Shown piece after piece: positions 46,785 to 55,442 of a stretch of 64,000 nucleotides of DNA. The DNA comes from an uncultured delta proteobacterium (GTDB taxonomy: Bacteria; Myxococcota_A; UBA9160; SZUA-336). Made by a program: the position numbers and the translations under genes. Every line of letters begins with the position of its first letter. The stretch's first letter is position 1. The notes under the pieces were generated by a model. The model saw only the letters and a list, made by a program, of their open reading frames with translations, did no database searches and was not told the DNA's origin. Location: positions 352,001-416,000 of the forward strand of contig CAVPHD010000003.1 of assembly GCA_963704165.1 (NCBI GenBank). The letters are read 5' to 3'.

Positions 46785-49352
46785 ATGCGCCTGCAGGAGC
46801 TTCCCAGACCCGAACGCTACGACCTCGCCCTGTGGGTGGATCCGGCCCGAAGGCCCTTCCGCGGCGAAGGCGATCTCGTGCTCGAGATCGCGCCGGGAAC
46901 TCGGTCGATCGAGCTGCACGCCGTCGACCTGGAGCTCGGCGCGTGCAGCGCACGCGACTCGGGTGGCGACGTGCCCGTCGTGCGCATCCGCGAGAACCCG
47001 AAGCGCGAGACGGTCACGCTCGTGCTCGAGCGGCCGCTCGCGGGCACGCGTGCGAGCCTGCGGATCGCGTGGAAGGGATCGCTGCGCGCGGATCTGCGCG
47101 GGCTCTACCTCGCGCGCTCGGGCAAGCGCCGCTACGCGGCGACCCAGCTCGAGGCCGCCGATGCGCGGCGCTTCTTCCCGTGCTTCGACGAGCCCGACAA
47201 GAAGGCGCGGTTCCGCCTGCGCGTGACCACACCCGCCCGAAACCAGGTGGTGTCGAATGGCGCGATCGAGCGCACGACGAAGCGCGGCGCGAAGAAGACC
47301 GTCCACTTCGCCGAGACGCCGAAGCTCTCGACGTATCTCGTGGCGCTGGTCGTGGGCGAGCTCGAGGCCTCGCCCGCGGTTCGCGTCGGAGCGACACCGA
47401 TTCGCGTCTGGTGCGTGCCGGGCAAGAAGAAGCTCGCCGCGTTCGCGCTCGAGGTCGCGGCCGAGGCCCTGCGCCGGCTCGAAGCGTACTTCGGGCTGCC
47501 CTACCCGTACGGCAAGCTCGACCTGCTCGCGGTTCCCGACTTCGAGTTCGGCGCGATGGAGAACGCGGGCGCGGTCACGTTCCGCGAGACGCTGCTCCTC
47601 GTCGACCCGAAGACGGTGACGCTGGCCGAGAGGAAGCGCGTGGCCGAGGTGATCACGCACGAGCTCGCGCACATGTGGTTCGGGGACCTGGTCACGATGG
47701 CCTGGTGGGACGATCTGTGGTTGAACGAGGCGTTCGCCACCTGGATGGCGTTCAAGATCGTCGACGAGTGGAAGCCCGAGTGGAAGATGTGGCTCGACTT
47801 CGAGTCGCACCGTGCGCCCGCGTTCGCGCTCGACGCGCTCGAGAGCACGCACCCGATCTACGGGCCGGTCGAGACCCCGGGCGAGGCCACCGAGAACTTC
47901 GACGTGATCACCTACGAAAAGGGCGCATCGGTCGTGCGCATGCTCGAGAGCTGGCTCGGCGCTTCGGTCTTCCGCAGGGGAGTCCGGCGCTACATCCGGC
48001 GGCACCGCGAGGGAAATGCGAAGGCCTGCGATCTGTGGCGCGCGCTCGAGCACGCCGCTCGGCGACCCGTCGAGCCGATCGTCTCGCCGTGGGTGGAGCG
48101 GCCGGGGTTCCCTCTCGTCGCGGCCCAGCGCGTCGACGCTGGAGGACAGGCGCAGCTCCTGGTCGAGCAGGAGCGGTTCTTCGCGAGCCCCTCGATCGGC
48201 GCCGAGCCGCGCGCCGAGATCCGGCCGATCCCGCTGGTGATCCGGGTCCGACCGCAGCGCGGACGCGATCGCATCGTGCGCGCGCTCGTCGACGAGAAGC
48301 GCACGAAGATCCCGCTCGGACCCGCTGCGGACGTGCGTTGGGCCTACGCGAACGCGAACGAAGCGAGCTTCGTCCGCGCGCTTCACGACGGCGCGATCCT
48401 GCGCGCGCTCGGCGACGAGCTCGCGAAGCTCGCCCCCGCGGAGCGGATGGGCTTGCTCGGTCACCAGTGGGCGGGCGTGCGCGCGGATCGCGCGCCGCTC
48501 ACGGACTGGCTCGACCTGGTGACACGGTACGGTGACGAGCGGGAGCCGGACGTGCTCGCTTCCGCGTACGGCCCGCTCGCGTGGCTCGACGATCACGCCG
48601 TGCCGTCGCTGGCAGCCGAACACGCTGCACGCTTCCGCGTCTTCGTCGCCGAGGTCTTCGCCCCCGCGTTCGCCCGGCTCGGCTGGTCGGCCGCGCGCGC
48701 GGAGACGGACGCGGTCCGGCAGCGCCGCTCCACGCTGATCTCGATCCTCGGCGGGCTCGCGCGGGACGCCGACGTTCTCGAGGGCGTCGCGACGCGCATC
48801 CAGCCCTACCTCGCCGATCGCAGCACGCTCGAGCCGAATCTCGCAGGACCGGTCGTCGAGCTCGCCGCGCGGACCGGCGACGCCACGCTCTTCGACGCCT
48901 ATCTGCGCACGATCAAGGCCGCGCGCACGCCCCAGGAGCGAACGCGATTCGAGATGGCGCTCGGATCGTTTCGCGATGCCGCGCTCGTCGAGCGCGCGCT
49001 CGAGCGCTCGCTCGACGCGCGGCTTCCGACCCAGGACGTCGTGCCGCTCCTGGCGCGCCTGCTCGCGAATCCCGAAGCGCGCGAGCGCACTTGGGAGTTC
49101 GTCCGCGAGCGTTGGACCGAATTGTCGCCGCGCATCTCGCCGGGACTCGCGTCGCGATTGATCTCGGCCCTGCCCGCGCTGCAGAAGCCGCTCTACCGCC
49201 GCCAGGTCGCGAGCTTCTTCGCGACCCACCCGTTGCCGACCGCCGCGCGCGCGCTCCTTCAGGCGCTCGAGCGCTTCGACCTCGACGCGGAGCTGCGCGG
49301 GAGGATCGTCCCCGAGCTGCGCGAGTACCTGCGCCCCGAAGTGCGGTGCTGA
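46785..49352 (+). CDS. M1 family aminopeptidase with ERAP1-like C-terminal domain
   Basis: ARRFFPCFDEP, GAMEN, HELAHMWFGDLVT..LWLNE, YEKG. Confidence 0.95.
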   Translation: MRLQELPRPERYDLALWVDPARRPFRGEGDLVLEIAPGTRSIELHAVDLELGACSARDSGGDVPVVRIRENPKRETVTLVLERPLAGTRASLRIAWKGSLRADLRGLYLARSGKRRYAATQLEAADARRFFPCFDEPDKKARFRLRVTTPARNQVVSNGAIERTTKRGAKKTVHFAETPKLSTYLVALVVGELEASPAVRVGATPIRVWCVPGKKKLAAFALEVAAEALRRLEAYFGLPYPYGKLDLLAVPDFEFGAMENAGAVTFRETLLLVDPKTVTLAERKRVAEVITHELAHMWFGDLVTMAWWDDLWLNEAFATWMAFKIVDEWKPEWKMWLDFESHRAPAFALDALESTHPIYGPVETPGEATENFDVITYEKGASVVRMLESWLGASVFRRGVRRYIRRHREGNAKACDLWRALEHAARRPVEPIVSPWVERPGFPLVAAQRVDAGGQAQLLVEQERFFASPSIGAEPRAEIRPIPLVIRVRPQRGRDRIVRALVDEKRTKIPLGPAADVRWAYANANEASFVRALHDGAILRALGDELAKLAPAERMGLLGHQWAGVRADRAPLTDWLDLVTRYGDEREPDVLASAYGPLAWLDDHAVPSLAAEHAARFRVFVAEVFAPAFARLGWSAARAETDAVRQRRSTLISILGGLARDADVLEGVATRIQPYLADRSTLEPNLAGPVVELAARTGDATLFDAYLRTIKAARTPQERTRFEMALGSFRDAALVERALERSLDARLPTQDVVPLLARLLANPEARERTWEFVRERWTELSPRISPGLASRLISALPALQKPLYRRQVASFFATHPLPTAARALLQALERFDLDAELRGRIVPELREYLRPEVRC

Positions 49353-50332
49353 CCGAGGGACTCCCCGAGGAGGTCCTCGCGCGGCCCTTCGTCTCGGTGC
49401 GCGAGTCGTGCGCCGAGGTCGCGGCGTCCGCGCGATACGTCGCGATCGATGCCGACGCGCTCGCCCGCGCCTGCGCGGGGCTGCCGCTGCACGAGCTCGG
49501 CGCGAGTCCGACGAGCTTTCCGAGCCTCGCCGGCGACGTCGAGGCGCTCGTCGCCTTCACGCTCTGCCTGGACGCGATCAACTTCGGGTCGGGCTACTTC
49601 CCCAAGCTCGTGAAGCTCGCGGGGCATTCGGGCTACCGCACGATCGAGGCGCGGCTCCGCGAGCGCTTCGAACGTGCGGGCGCGTTCTCGGCCAACGAGC
49701 TGCGCCGGATCGACGCGCGCACGGTCGCGGAGCTGCTCGGCCAGTCACCCGTCGCGGCGCCGATCGACGAGCTGATGGAGCTCTTTGCGCGCGCGCTGCG
49801 CGACCTCGGCGAGCTCGTCGCGACGCGCACCGGTGGCTCGTTCGCGGGCTTCGTCGAAGAGGCCGGCGGCTCGGCCGGTGCGCTCGTGCGAAGCCTCCTC
49901 GCCATGCCGCTCTATCGCGACGTCGCGCCGTACGGCGGGATCACGGCGGTGTTCCTGAAGCGGGCGCAGCTCACCGTCTCGGACCTCGCCCACGCGCTGC
50001 CCGAGAGCCTGGGAAGATTCCGCGATCTCTGCGACCTGACGCTCTTCGCCGACAACCTGGTGCCCCACGTGCTCCGGCTGGACGGCGTGCTCCGCTTCGA
50101 GCCCGCGCTCGTCGAGCGGATCGAAGCGAACGAGCTGATCCCGGCGGGATCCGCAGAGGAGATCGAGATTCGCGCCTGCGCGGTCGACGCGGTGGAACAG
50201 ATGGTCGGGATCCTGCGCGCGCGCGATCGCTCGGTCTGCGCGCGGGACCTCGACGACTGGCTCTGGCGACGCGGCGGCGAACCCGCCTACAAGGCGCGGC
50301 CACGCCACAGAACGCGTTGCCCGTACTATTGA
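49346..50332 (+). CDS. Queuosine salvage family protein (DUF2419/QNG1-like)
   Basis: DAINFGSG, FLKRAQL, LTLFADNLVPHVL, EIEIRAC, C-terminal HRTRCPYY. Confidence 0.85.
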   Translation: MLTEGLPEEVLARPFVSVRESCAEVAASARYVAIDADALARACAGLPLHELGASPTSFPSLAGDVEALVAFTLCLDAINFGSGYFPKLVKLAGHSGYRTIEARLRERFERAGAFSANELRRIDARTVAELLGQSPVAAPIDELMELFARALRDLGELVATRTGGSFAGFVEEAGGSAGALVRSLLAMPLYRDVAPYGGITAVFLKRAQLTVSDLAHALPESLGRFRDLCDLTLFADNLVPHVLRLDGVLRFEPALVERIEANELIPAGSAEEIEIRACAVDAVEQMVGILRARDRSVCARDLDDWLWRRGGEPAYKARPRHRTRCPYY

Positions 50333-50389
50333 ATCCAGCTAGGGTGCCTGCGCCATGCGAGCCGGCGCTCGTGAACGGGAGGGTGATTC

Positions 50390-51523
50390 GTGAAGATCGG
50401 CGTGCCCCGCGAAACCTCGGCCGGAGAACGGCGCATCGCGCTCGTTCCCGAGTCGGCCAAGAAGCTCGTCGAGGCGGGCAACGAGGTCGTGATCGAGAGC
50501 GCGCAGAGCGCGTCGGTCGATTTCAAGGACGCGGCCTACACCGCGGCGGGTGCGCGACTGGCCACGGACGCGGCCGAGATCTTCGCGGGCAGCGATCTCG
50601 TGCTGAAGATCCAGCCGCCGTCGGAGAGCGAGGTCGCGCAGCTTCGAACGGGCGCGGTCGTCGTCGCGATCCTCCAGCCGTTCCAGAACGGCGACACCGT
50701 TCGGCGTCTGGCCGCGAAGTCCGCCACGAGCTTCTCGCTCGATCTCCTGCCGCGCATCACGCGCGCGCAGGCGATGGACGTGCTCTCGTCGATGAGCACG
50801 ATCGCCGGCTACAAGGGTGTGCTGCTCGCGGCCTCGGCGCTTCCGAAGATGGTGCCGCTCTTGATGACCGCCGCGGGAACGCTCAAGCCCGCGCGATTCC
50901 TGATCCTCGGCGTCGGCGTCGCGGGGCTGCAGGCGATCGCGACGGCGCGGCGGCTCGGCGGCGTGGTCGAGGCGTTCGACATCCGGCCCGCGGTGAAGGA
51001 ACAGGTCGAGAGCCTCGGCGCGCGCTTCGTCGCGCACGACGCGATCCAGTCCGGCGGCGAGACGAAAGGCGGCTACGCCACCGAGCTCACGCCCGAGCAG
51101 CAGGCGCGCCAACGCGAGGCGCTCGGCAAACACATCGGCGAAGCCGACGCGATCATCTGCTCGGCGCTCGTCCCCGGACGCCGCGCGCCGATCCTGCTCA
51201 GCGAAGCGCAGGTCGCGCTGATGCGACCGGGCTCCGTCGTGATCGACCTGGCCGCGGATCAGGGCGGGAACTGCGAGCTGACGAAGCCGGGAGAGACCGT
51301 CGAGCGCGGAGGCGTGCGCGTGCTCGCGCCACTGAACGTTCCCGCGAGCGTGCCGATGCACGCCAGCCAGATGCTCTCGCGCAACTTCCAGAACTTCCTC
51401 CTCCACCTGCTGAAGAAGGGCGAGATGCAGCTCGACCTCGCCGACGAGATCACGAGCGGAACGCTCGTCACCCACGAAGGGAAGATCGTGCACGCGGCCG
51501 TGGAGTCAGCGCTTCGGGGCTGA
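50390..51523 (+). CDS. pntAA: NAD(P) transhydrogenase subunit alpha part 1 (domain I)
   Basis: PRITRAQAMDVLSSM, AGYKGV, LMTAAGT, GVGVAGLQAIATARRLG, IDLAADQGGNCE. Confidence 0.92.
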   Translation: MKIGVPRETSAGERRIALVPESAKKLVEAGNEVVIESAQSASVDFKDAAYTAAGARLATDAAEIFAGSDLVLKIQPPSESEVAQLRTGAVVVAILQPFQNGDTVRRLAAKSATSFSLDLLPRITRAQAMDVLSSMSTIAGYKGVLLAASALPKMVPLLMTAAGTLKPARFLILGVGVAGLQAIATARRLGGVVEAFDIRPAVKEQVESLGARFVAHDAIQSGGETKGGYATELTPEQQARQREALGKHIGEADAIICSALVPGRRAPILLSEAQVALMRPGSVVIDLAADQGGNCELTKPGETVERGGVRVLAPLNVPASVPMHASQMLSRNFQNFLLHLLKKGEMQLDLADEITSGTLVTHEGKIVHAAVESALRG

Positions 51524-52435
51524 GGGGCTCGGCGCGGTCGCGGGCGCCTTCTCCGGCTCGCCTTCGACGGTGATCGACACGTCCTTCTGGCGCCGGTAGA
51601 TCTCGCGCAGCTTCTGCTGCCGCGCGACCTCGAGCTTGCGCTCCTCCGCGAGCGTGTCGAGGTCGATCTGGCGATGGGCGACGCTCTGTTTCGCCCGCTT
51701 GCACGCGCCCTCCATGTACGGGCCGCAGGTCGGGTTCGAGCAGCAGGCCGCGGCGAAGTCGTCGAAGGTCTTCATCGGCTGCGGCAGCGGCGCGCCATCC
51801 CAGGTGGTGGCAAAGGCGGGGCTGAGCACGATCGCGCTGTTGAAGACGTCGCGCGCATCGACCATGTCGTTGCTCTTCCACGACGCGAGCACGGAGATGC
51901 GGTCGATCTCGTCCTGCGGCGCGCCGTTCTTGACGCCCTTGTCGAGGTACCGGCGCGCGTCACCGAGCTTCCCCTGATACACGGAGATGTGTGCGATGTT
52001 CGAGTAGTACGTGCCGGCGCGCAGCTCCTGGCGCTCGCGCAGGTTGAGCCGCAACGCGTTCTTGAAGCTGGTCTCGGAGGCGTCGAGATCGCCCTGGTAC
52101 GCGGTGATGATGCCGAGCCAGGTATGCGGCCGCGGCGAGGTCGGATCGATCCGCACGGCCTCGAGGATCTCGGCCTGCGCCTTGGACAGGGCGGCGACGT
52201 AGGCGGCCTGGTTCTTCTCGTCGAGAGACTTCCGCGCGATCATGTACTGCACGTCCGCGAGCGCGAGCCGCGTGTCGAAGTCGTCGGGATGGCTGTCGCG
52301 GTGCCTCTCGAGCTTCTCCGCCGCGCCCTCGTAGTTTCCCGCGCGGATGTCGCTCTGGATCCCGTACGGAGACACGCCACCGCACGCGGTGACGAAGAGC
52401 AGCGCGGCGATCCACCAGACTCGACCTCGGTACAT
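51506..52435 (-). CDS. TPR-repeat lipoprotein
   Basis: Lipobox VTAC, TPR-like helices (AVRIDP..HTWLG..A..FKNAL), CC..C..C cluster near C-terminus. Confidence 0.7.
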   Translation of the reverse strand: MYRGRVWWIAALLFVTACGGVSPYGIQSDIRAGNYEGAAEKLERHRDSHPDDFDTRLALADVQYMIARKSLDEKNQAAYVAALSKAQAEILEAVRIDPTSPRPHTWLGIITAYQGDLDASETSFKNALRLNLRERQELRAGTYYSNIAHISVYQGKLGDARRYLDKGVKNGAPQDEIDRISVLASWKSNDMVDARDVFNSAIVLSPAFATTWDGAPLPQPMKTFDDFAAACCSNPTCGPYMEGACKRAKQSVAHRQIDLDTLAEERKLEVARQQKLREIYRRQKDVSITVEGEPEKAPATAPSPSAPKR

Positions 52436-52449
52436 TCGGAGCTCCTTGT

Positions 52450-53757
52450 TCAAGCCCCGGCGAAGAACGCCCGGAGCACGCGAATCATCGGCGCCACGTC
52501 GGCCGTCCCGGCCAGCTCGCGACACGAGTGCATGGAGAGCATCGGGTTCCCGACGTCGACGGTGGGAATTCCCGTGCGCGCCGCGGTGATCGGCCCGATC
52601 GTCGAGCCGCACGGCTGGTCGTTTCGAGACGTGAAGTGCTGCGGCGCCACGCCCGCGCTCGCGCAGTGCGCGGCGAACTCCGCGGCCGTGACGGCGTCGG
52701 TCGCGTAGGACTGGTTCACGTTCGACTTGATCACCGGGCCGCGTCCCAGCACGGGCTTGTGGCCCGGCTCGTGCTTGTCGGCGAAGTTCGGGTGTACGGC
52801 GTGTGCCATGTCGGCCGACACGACCCGCGAGCGGGCGCGCGCGCGGGCGAGTCCCTGCTCGGCCCCTCCCTTGTAGGCAGCGACGATGCGCTCGAGCGTC
52901 TCGACGAGCAGGTTCCCGCCCGCGCCCTGCGCGCTCTCGCTACCGACCTCTTCGTGGTCGTAGAGCACGACCGCGCGCGTCGCCCGGCCGAGGTCGGGGC
53001 GCGCGCCGTCGTCCACCAGCGCCGACACCGCCGCGTGACACGAGGCCAGGTTGTCGAGCCGAGGGGCCGCGATGAACGCTCCGTCCGCGCCGATGACTTC
53101 CGAGCGCTGCACGTCGTAGAGCATCAGGTCGAAGGCCAGGACCGCATCCGGCGGGACGTCGGCGATCCTCTGCGCGCGAAGCTCGCTCGCGACGAGCGGC
53201 GCGAGCGCGAGGGAATCCTCGAGGCCGACGAGCGGCAGCGCGTGCGTCTGTGCGTTCAGCTGCAGGCCCTTCTCCTTCAGGTCTCGATTCAGGTGGATCG
53301 CCAGGCTCGGCACGCGCGCGAGCGGACGGCCGAAATCGAGCAGCACCGTGCGCAGGGCCGGGCCTTCGCGCAGCGTCACGCGCCCGGCGATCGAGAGATC
53401 GCGATCCAGCCAGGTGTGGAGCAGGAGTCCGCCGTAGGGCTCGACGGCGAGCTGGCGATAGCCGTGCGCGCTCGTGTCCGCGCAGGGCTTCAGCCGCAGG
53501 TTCGGCGAATCGGTGTGCGCGCCGACGATTCGAAAACCGCCGTCCACCGGCGACTCGCTCCCGACCGAGAACGCGACCAGGCTTCCGCCGTGGCGCACGA
53601 CCAGGCGCCGGTCGCCCGGCGCGAGGCTCCAGATCTCGCCCTCGGCGCAGTCGCGAAACCCCGCGGTGCGGAGCCGGCGAACGGCCTCGGCCACCGCGTG
53701 GTACGGCGTCGGTGAGGCGTCGATGAACGCGAGCAGATCGCGCGCGGCGTCCGACAT
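52450..53757 (-). CDS. M18 family aspartyl aminopeptidase
   Basis: SPTPYHAV, GAHTDSP, RLDNL, DHEEVGS, SADMAHAVHPN, CGSTIGP, SMHSCRE. Confidence 0.95.
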   Translation of the reverse strand: MSDAARDLLAFIDASPTPYHAVAEAVRRLRTAGFRDCAEGEIWSLAPGDRRLVVRHGGSLVAFSVGSESPVDGGFRIVGAHTDSPNLRLKPCADTSAHGYRQLAVEPYGGLLLHTWLDRDLSIAGRVTLREGPALRTVLLDFGRPLARVPSLAIHLNRDLKEKGLQLNAQTHALPLVGLEDSLALAPLVASELRAQRIADVPPDAVLAFDLMLYDVQRSEVIGADGAFIAAPRLDNLASCHAAVSALVDDGARPDLGRATRAVVLYDHEEVGSESAQGAGGNLLVETLERIVAAYKGGAEQGLARARARSRVVSADMAHAVHPNFADKHEPGHKPVLGRGPVIKSNVNQSYATDAVTAAEFAAHCASAGVAPQHFTSRNDQPCGSTIGPITAARTGIPTVDVGNPMLSMHSCRELAGTADVAPMIRVLRAFFAGA

Positions 53758-53831
53758 GCGCGCGAGGGTAGCGGCCCCTCGGGTAGAATGCAGCGAGCCC
53801 GCATTCGCGAAGCGAGGGAGACCGGAACGTC

Positions 53832-55397
53832 ATGACCACCGTCGCCACCTTTGCCCAGAAGAACCCGGACAAGACCGCGCTGATCTACGGCGACGGCGAG
53901 CACGTAGAGAGCTACGGAGAGCTCGAGCTGCGCTCGCGGCGGATCGGCCACGTGCTGCGCCGGCTCGGGCTCGAGTTCGGCGACAGCGTGGCCGTGTACC
54001 TGGCCAACGACGATCAGTTCTTCGACATCTACTGGGCCTGCCACCGCACCGGTCTCTACTTCACGCCCGTGAACTGGCACCTGCAAGAGGACGAGATCCA
54101 GTACATCGTCGACAACAGCGACGCGAAGCTCCTGATCGCGCACGCGCGCTTCGGCGAGATCGCCGCGCGCGTCGCGGACCGGGCACCGAAGATCGTCGCG
54201 CGGGTCTCGATCGGCGGCGAGATCCCCGGCTTCCGCGAGCTCGACGACCTGCTCGCCGACGTGCCCGCGGACGCGCCGCTCGGCGAAGAGCTCGAGGGCT
54301 CGGTCATGCTCTACTCGTCCGGCACGACCGGAAAGCCGAAGGGCGTGCGCCGCCCGCTGCCGCGCGTGCCCGCGGGTCATCCGTCCGTCCTCGCCGGCAT
54401 CGTCGGACTCACCGCGCTCTTCGGCATCTCCGAGAGCGACCGCTATCTCACCCCCGCACCGCTCTACCACGCCGCGCCGATCGGCTTCACGTCCGCGATG
54501 ATGCGGATCGGCGCGACCGCGATCATCATGCGCCGCTTCGACCCCGAGGACGCGCTGCGCATCATCGCGAACCAGAGGATCACCGCGTCGCAGTGGGTGC
54601 CGACGCACTTCCGCCGGCTCGTCACGCTGCCGGAATCGACGCGGGCGAAGTTCGATCTCTCCAGCCTGCGCGTCGCCGTCCACGCCGCCGCGCCCTGCCC
54701 CATCCCGTTGAAGGAGCAGATGATCGAATGGTGGGGGGACGCGATCGTCGAGTACTACGCCGGGACCGAGGGCGGAGGCACGCTGATCCGCGCGCAGGAG
54801 TGGCTCACGCACAAAGGTTCCGTCGGGCGGCACTGGGCCGGTGGTGTCGTGCACATCCTCGACGAGGACGGCAACGAGATCGACGAGCCTGACAAGGAGG
54901 GCGCGATCTACTTCGAGGCTCCCGCCGACGTCGCCGCGCGCTTCTCGTACCACAAGGACGCCCAGAAGACCGCGTCCACCTACCGCGGCAACCTCTTCAC
55001 GATCGGCGACATCGGCTACAAGGACGCCGAAGGCTACGTCTACCTGACCGACCGGCAGTCCAACATGATCATCTCGGGGGGGGTGAACATCTACCCGCAG
55101 GAGACCGAGAGCCACCTCGTGATGCACCCGAAGGTCGCCGACGTCGCCGTGATCGGAATTCCCCATGATGACCTCGGCGAGGAAGTGAAGGCCATCGTGG
55201 TTCCCGCCGCGGGAGTCGTTCCCGGACCCGATCTCGAGCGCGAGCTGATCGCCTTCTGCCGCGACCACATCGCCCACTACAAGTGCCCGCGCACGATCGA
55301 CTTCGCGATCGAGGTCCCCCGCACCGAGACCGGCAAGATGGCCAAGCGCAAGCTCCGCGAGAAGTACTGGGCCGGACACGCGAGCCGGATCGTGTAA
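53832..55397 (+). CDS. Acyl-CoA synthetase (AMP-binding)
   Basis: YSSGTTGKPKG, EYYAGTEG, GDIGY, MIISGGVNIYPQE, PRTETGK. Confidence 0.94.
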   Translation: MTTVATFAQKNPDKTALIYGDGEHVESYGELELRSRRIGHVLRRLGLEFGDSVAVYLANDDQFFDIYWACHRTGLYFTPVNWHLQEDEIQYIVDNSDAKLLIAHARFGEIAARVADRAPKIVARVSIGGEIPGFRELDDLLADVPADAPLGEELEGSVMLYSSGTTGKPKGVRRPLPRVPAGHPSVLAGIVGLTALFGISESDRYLTPAPLYHAAPIGFTSAMMRIGATAIIMRRFDPEDALRIIANQRITASQWVPTHFRRLVTLPESTRAKFDLSSLRVAVHAAAPCPIPLKEQMIEWWGDAIVEYYAGTEGGGTLIRAQEWLTHKGSVGRHWAGGVVHILDEDGNEIDEPDKEGAIYFEAPADVAARFSYHKDAQKTASTYRGNLFTIGDIGYKDAEGYVYLTDRQSNMIISGGVNIYPQETESHLVMHPKVADVAVIGIPHDDLGEEVKAIVVPAAGVVPGPDLERELIAFCRDHIAHYKCPRTIDFAIEVPRTETGKMAKRKLREKYWAGHASRIV

Positions 55398-55442
55398 TAC
55401 GACGAGAGCATCTGGACCCTCGCGGGATGGGAGTCGTTCGAA

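Noticed and set aside
44934..49352. Two overlapping ~1400-aa ORFs on opposite strands
   Set aside because: Each is a real gene (glpD or the M1 peptidase) plus antisense read-through of the other, a common high-GC artefact.
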